This document shows positions 58,879 to 64,000 of a stretch of 64,000 nt of DNA, one piece after another. Each line of letters opens with the position of its first letter. The first letter of the stretch is position 1. The translations under genes and the position numbers were made by a program. The stretch comes from Eledone cirrhosa (Eukaryota): contig OZ024753.1 of the NCBI GenBank assembly GCA_964016885.1, forward strand, positions 38,812,001 to 38,876,000. Direction: 5' to 3'. The notes under the pieces are model-generated. The model searched no databases. It saw only the letters and a list, made by a program, of their open reading frames with translations, and was not told the origin of the DNA.

Positions 58879-59145
58879 ATATCCAGTGCTTTTATCGAGA
58901 ATGACACAGCTAGAGACTTATAGAATACTTAGCTGTGTACAGGAACTGGTTTGAAAGAGCGGTTGCCGGTCCGGCAGAAATTAGAAATTGGAATAAATGC
59001 TCTGAAATAGCGATATATATGTGAATATAGACATAGAATATTCGAAAATACTCTGTATGTTTATAATAAACATTTTGAAGACCTAATCGCTATAGAATAG
59101 AATACGTCACGTATTACAATTAGATTCTCGATAAAAGCAAGGGAA

Positions 59146-59188
59146 GTAATCTACGCGTTTCATTCTTGTTAGAATTCATCAGGACTAC
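59146..59188 (-). ncRNA. Type I hammerhead ribozyme, array copy 4
   Basis: Same sequence as copy 1, offset +930. Confidence 0.93.
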
Positions 59189-59455
59189 ATATCCAGTGCT
59201 TTTATCGAGAATGACACAGCTAGAGACTTATAGAATACTTAGCTGTGTACAGGAACTGGTTTGAAAGAGCGGTTGCCGGTCCGGCAGAAATTAGAAATTG
59301 GAATAAATGCTCTGAAATAGCGATATATATGTGAATATAGACATAGAATATTCGAAAATACTCTGTATGTTTATAATAAACATTTTGAAGACCTAATCGC
59401 TATAGAATAGAATACGTCACGTATTACAATTAGATTCTCGATAAAAGCAAGGGAA

Positions 59456-59498
59456 GTAATCTACGCGTTTCATTCTTGTTAGAATTCATCAGGACTAC
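59456..59498 (-). ncRNA. Type I hammerhead ribozyme, array copy 5
   Basis: Same sequence as copy 1, offset +1240. Confidence 0.93.
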
Positions 59499-59886
59499 AT
59501 ATCCAGTGCTTTTATCGAGAATGACACAGCTAGAGACTTATAGAATACTTAGCTGTGTACAGGAACTGGTTTGAAAGAGCGGTTGCCGGTCCGGCAGAAA
59601 TTAGAAATTGGAATAAATGCTCTGAAATAGCGATATATATGTGAATATAGACATAGAATATTCGAAAATACTCTGTATGTTTATAATAAACATTTTGAAG
59701 ACCTAATCGCTATAGAATAGAATACGTCACGTATTACAATTAGATTCTCGATAAAAGCAAGGGAAGTAATCTACGCGTTTCATTCTTGTTTATTATAAAC
59801 ATACAGAGTATTTTCGAATATTCTATGTCTATATTCACATATATATCGCTATTTCAGAGCATTTATTCCAATATATATATAAGTTT

Positions 59887-60510
<624 letters not shown>

Positions 60511-60529
60511 GTATGTGTGTTTGTGTGTG

Positions 60530-60589
<60 letters not shown>

Positions 60590-62268
60590 TGTGAGAATGT
60601 TTATGTCTACGTGCATGTATATGTACATGCTTGTATATGCATAGTATATATGTATATATGTATATGTGTATGTGTGTATATATATATATAGGTGGATATT
60701 TGAGCATCAATAAGTATAAAGAAAAGAATATGTTTGTGTAAAATGTGTCAGATTCACCAAACATTTTATACAAGTTCTATTTAATGAGGTGATTAATTCT
60801 CGCTCTTAGCTTAATAAGGAAAAATAACTTGTTTCCAGCGATATCATATTAGAATAAATACACTTGTATATATGGATGTTCTTTAAGTAGTATATTTGTA
60901 AATATGTTTGTATGTATATGTGTGTATGTATGTGTGTGTGTTTGTGTTTGTATGAATGTATGTATGTGTGTATGTGTGTTTATATGCATGAATGTATGTA
61001 TGTGTGTGTGTATGTATGTATGTGTGTGTTTGTATGTATGAATGTATGTATGTTTGTATGTGTGTATGTATGTATTTATGTGTATGTGTGACTGTATGTA
61101 TGTATGTTTGTATGTATGTGTATATGTATGTGTATATGTATGTGTTAATGTATGTGTGTATGTATTTATGTGTATGTGTGACTGTATGTATGTATGTTTG
61201 TATGTATGTGTATATGTATGTGTTAATGTATGTGTGTATGTATATATGTTCCTGCGTGTATGTGTGCGTGTCTGTATCTTTATATGTAAATATGTATGTA
61301 TATATTATCAAAATATGTTTGTTTTGTGTATGTATATCTGTATGTATATATATGTATGCATGTATATATATGTATGTATGTAAGTATCTATGTATGTATG
61401 TATGTATGTATGTATGTATGTATGTATGTATGTATGTATGTATGTATGTATGTATTTATGCTTCTATATATATGTGTATGTATGTCTATATGTTCCTATG
61501 TATGTAAATCTATACATGTATATGTATGTACATGTGTGTGTATGAATTTCTGTGTATATATGCATATATTGGACTGATTTTGTTTTTGTTCTTATATATT
61601 TTCCTAACTGCTTTTACACTTTTATTTGTCGTTGTCTTCGTCTAGGCTATAAAATACTTTTGCCAAAACTAACCCCTTTTAATATATTCTCCCCTAAACT
61701 TAACTTATTTTGCATTGAATATCGCCCGAACCTGTTTTATGTATAACTTTTTAGTCGGCCATTTTGTTTTTCTTGTTCGTTTTAATGTTGCTAGATTTTT
61801 CTAGTTGATGTTTGTTTGTTTCGTGTTTTCTTTTTGTTTTTTTCGTCCATATATTTTTCTTCTTCACGAAAATTATTTTTTTGCTGTTGTTGTTGATGTT
61901 GTTGCGTTGTTGTTGGTAGTATTGGTGTCAGCGTTGTCGTTATGGTGGTGTGGTGTTGGAGTTATGTAGTGGTTGTGTGGTAGTGTGGTGATATGGTGAT
62001 GTGGTGGTGTGTTGGTTTGGTGGTGTGGTGGTGTGGTACACTTGTAGTAGTGTGTTGCTTTCGTGGTGTGGAGGTGTGGTGGTGTTGTGGTGGTGTGGTG
62101 TCGTAGTCGAAACGACTTCAAGGTAAAACTATATGCCGACTAGAAAAATCTTCCATTGCTGAAACTGTGTTTTGTGTTTTCCGGGAATTTAAATAAATAA
62201 ATATATAAAATATATAATTAAATAATTCAATATACATATATACACACACATGTGTGTATATATGTATA

Positions 62269-62519
<251 letters not shown>

Positions 62520-64000
62520 GGTGTATATAACAAATAGATAAATAAATATATTCGTATATATAACGTGCATTTCATTAACAAGAGTACAATTCTTCTTCTG
62601 GGCTGAAATCAGTTTAACTTTTACATAGGGGAAGAAGAGATATCCAGATAGTCATGGCGTCAGTGGTGGGGGAGCTATTATTGGTGATATTGGTGATGGT
62701 GGTGGTAGGGGTGTTAGTGGTAGTGGTGGTGCTGGTGGTGATGGGGTTAGTGGTAGTAGTTGTGGTGATGATAGAGGATGTGTTAGTGGTGGTAGTGGTG
62801 TAGAGGGATTCGTGGTAGTAATGGTTCTGGTGGTTGTGGTGATGGTGGTGGTAGAGGTGTTAGTGGGATCCAGTTGCTCTCCAGCGTTTCAACATTCTTC
62901 TTCTTCTTCTTCTTCTTCTTCTTCTTCTTCTTCTTCTTTGGTAGAAATCTACTATGTTCGAACCGAGACAAATATGGGCTTCTTCTCCCCCTCCTTGTCC
63001 TCCCACTACCATCACCCCCACCAAGATCACCACCAATAACACCACCACCAGCACCACCAGTACCACCACCAATAGTACCACCACCACCACCACCACCACC
63101 ACCACCAATACTACTACCACCACCACTAACACCACCACCAACAGCTCCTTCACTAAGTCCTTAGTTATGATGTCAGAGTAATAGACGTTAATCATTTATC
63201 TTTATCAATTTGTGAGGACATGTCCCAAAGTATTGTAAGCTCTCTACCATTGTCACACACAACTTTCCGCCTGTGCGTATGACACTTACTTTTATCTGCA
63301 TTCAAAATTATTGTTATATTGCCAACACTCTGCTCATCCTTATGAATATATTTCATCCTTTGACCAGAGTGTGGCTGCTAGAGACGAAATAGCTAGCTCT
63401 GTGTTTCTTAGTGTTCACTGAACATTCTCAAACAATCAACCTTCCGTTTACTTTTTCATTTAATTTTGATTACGTGTTTAGTGTTTCTGATTTCGTGAAT
63501 CGCGTTTGTCCCATATATCTCATGGGTAATTTCTGCTCTATCGAGTTTTGATTTCCTTTGGTACTTTCAGTTGTAGCTGTAGTTTGTTTCTGTACGTACA
63601 GCATGGCCGTATTGTTAAGATATTTGCTTTTCAATAAATAGATTCCGGGTTTGATTCCTCAGCATGGCAGCTTGAAAGATAAAGTACCAGAGCTGTACTT
63701 GGGGTAGATTCTTTCTCTATCCTTCTTTCCCATTGTTTTTCTCCCTTGTCTTCTCTCTCTTCTTGGTGGAAGAAACCCTCCGTGTTTAGACCTGGATATG
63801 CATAGGCTCCAGCAGGTTTAAAAGACCCATGACACCTCGCATACATGGATGGTAGAATGGTGAGATTTGTAAGACATAATTAATTGTTTCTACTTTTGAC
63901 ACAAGGCCAGCAATTACCCAGTACATTACTGGTACTTTATTTTATCGACCTCCGTAAGGATGAAAGGCAAAGTTGACCTTGGCGGGATTTGAACTCAGAA

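Larger units (their letters stand above)
58093..59872 (-). mobile_element. Retrozyme-like tandem array: 5 full 310-bp units plus one partial unit, then an ~83-bp inverted terminal copy; each full unit carries a type I hammerhead ribozyme
   Basis: ACATAGAATATTCG recurs at 58101, 58411, 58721, 59031, 59341 and 59651 (period 310); units look identical by eye. 59790-59872 is the reverse complement of the unit junction region. Both ends abut TA repeats. Confidence 0.92.

Noticed and set aside
58093-59790. CRISPR array or plain satellite interpretation
   Set aside because: No variable spacers and a eukaryotic context; the complete ribozyme and inverted end explain it better

Overview
This is a very AT-rich, microsatellite-saturated animal genomic window with one 200-N assembly gap (22372-22571). 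The SINE and simple-repeat content resembles cephalopod (Octopus-like) DNA; that assignment is inference. No protein-coding gene is convincingly supported. Nearly all ORFs in the track are translations of simple repeats such as (TA)n, (CA)n, (GA)n and (CAT)n. Recognisable ordinary content: many tRNA-derived SINE copies, 3' fragments of RTE- and CRE-like LINEs, an internally deleted Gypsy-type LTR element (tRNA-Ser PBS plus protease relic), Tc1/mariner-like and hAT-like MITEs. The main discovery is a set of hammerhead-ribozyme (HHR) mini-elements inserted in (TA)n tracts. The clearest is an array of 5.5 apparently identical 310-bp units (58093-59790), each carrying a complete minus-strand type I HHR with a palindromic stem III. 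This matches a non-LTR retrozyme, which would yield a circular RNA. At least seven further, mutually unrelated sequence families carry intact, variant or truncated type I HHRs. Most copies form fold-back palindromes whose inversion point lies in or beside the ribozyme, as expected for non-autonomous elements mobilised by Penelope-like retroelements. All structures were read by eye; no folding or database search was run.
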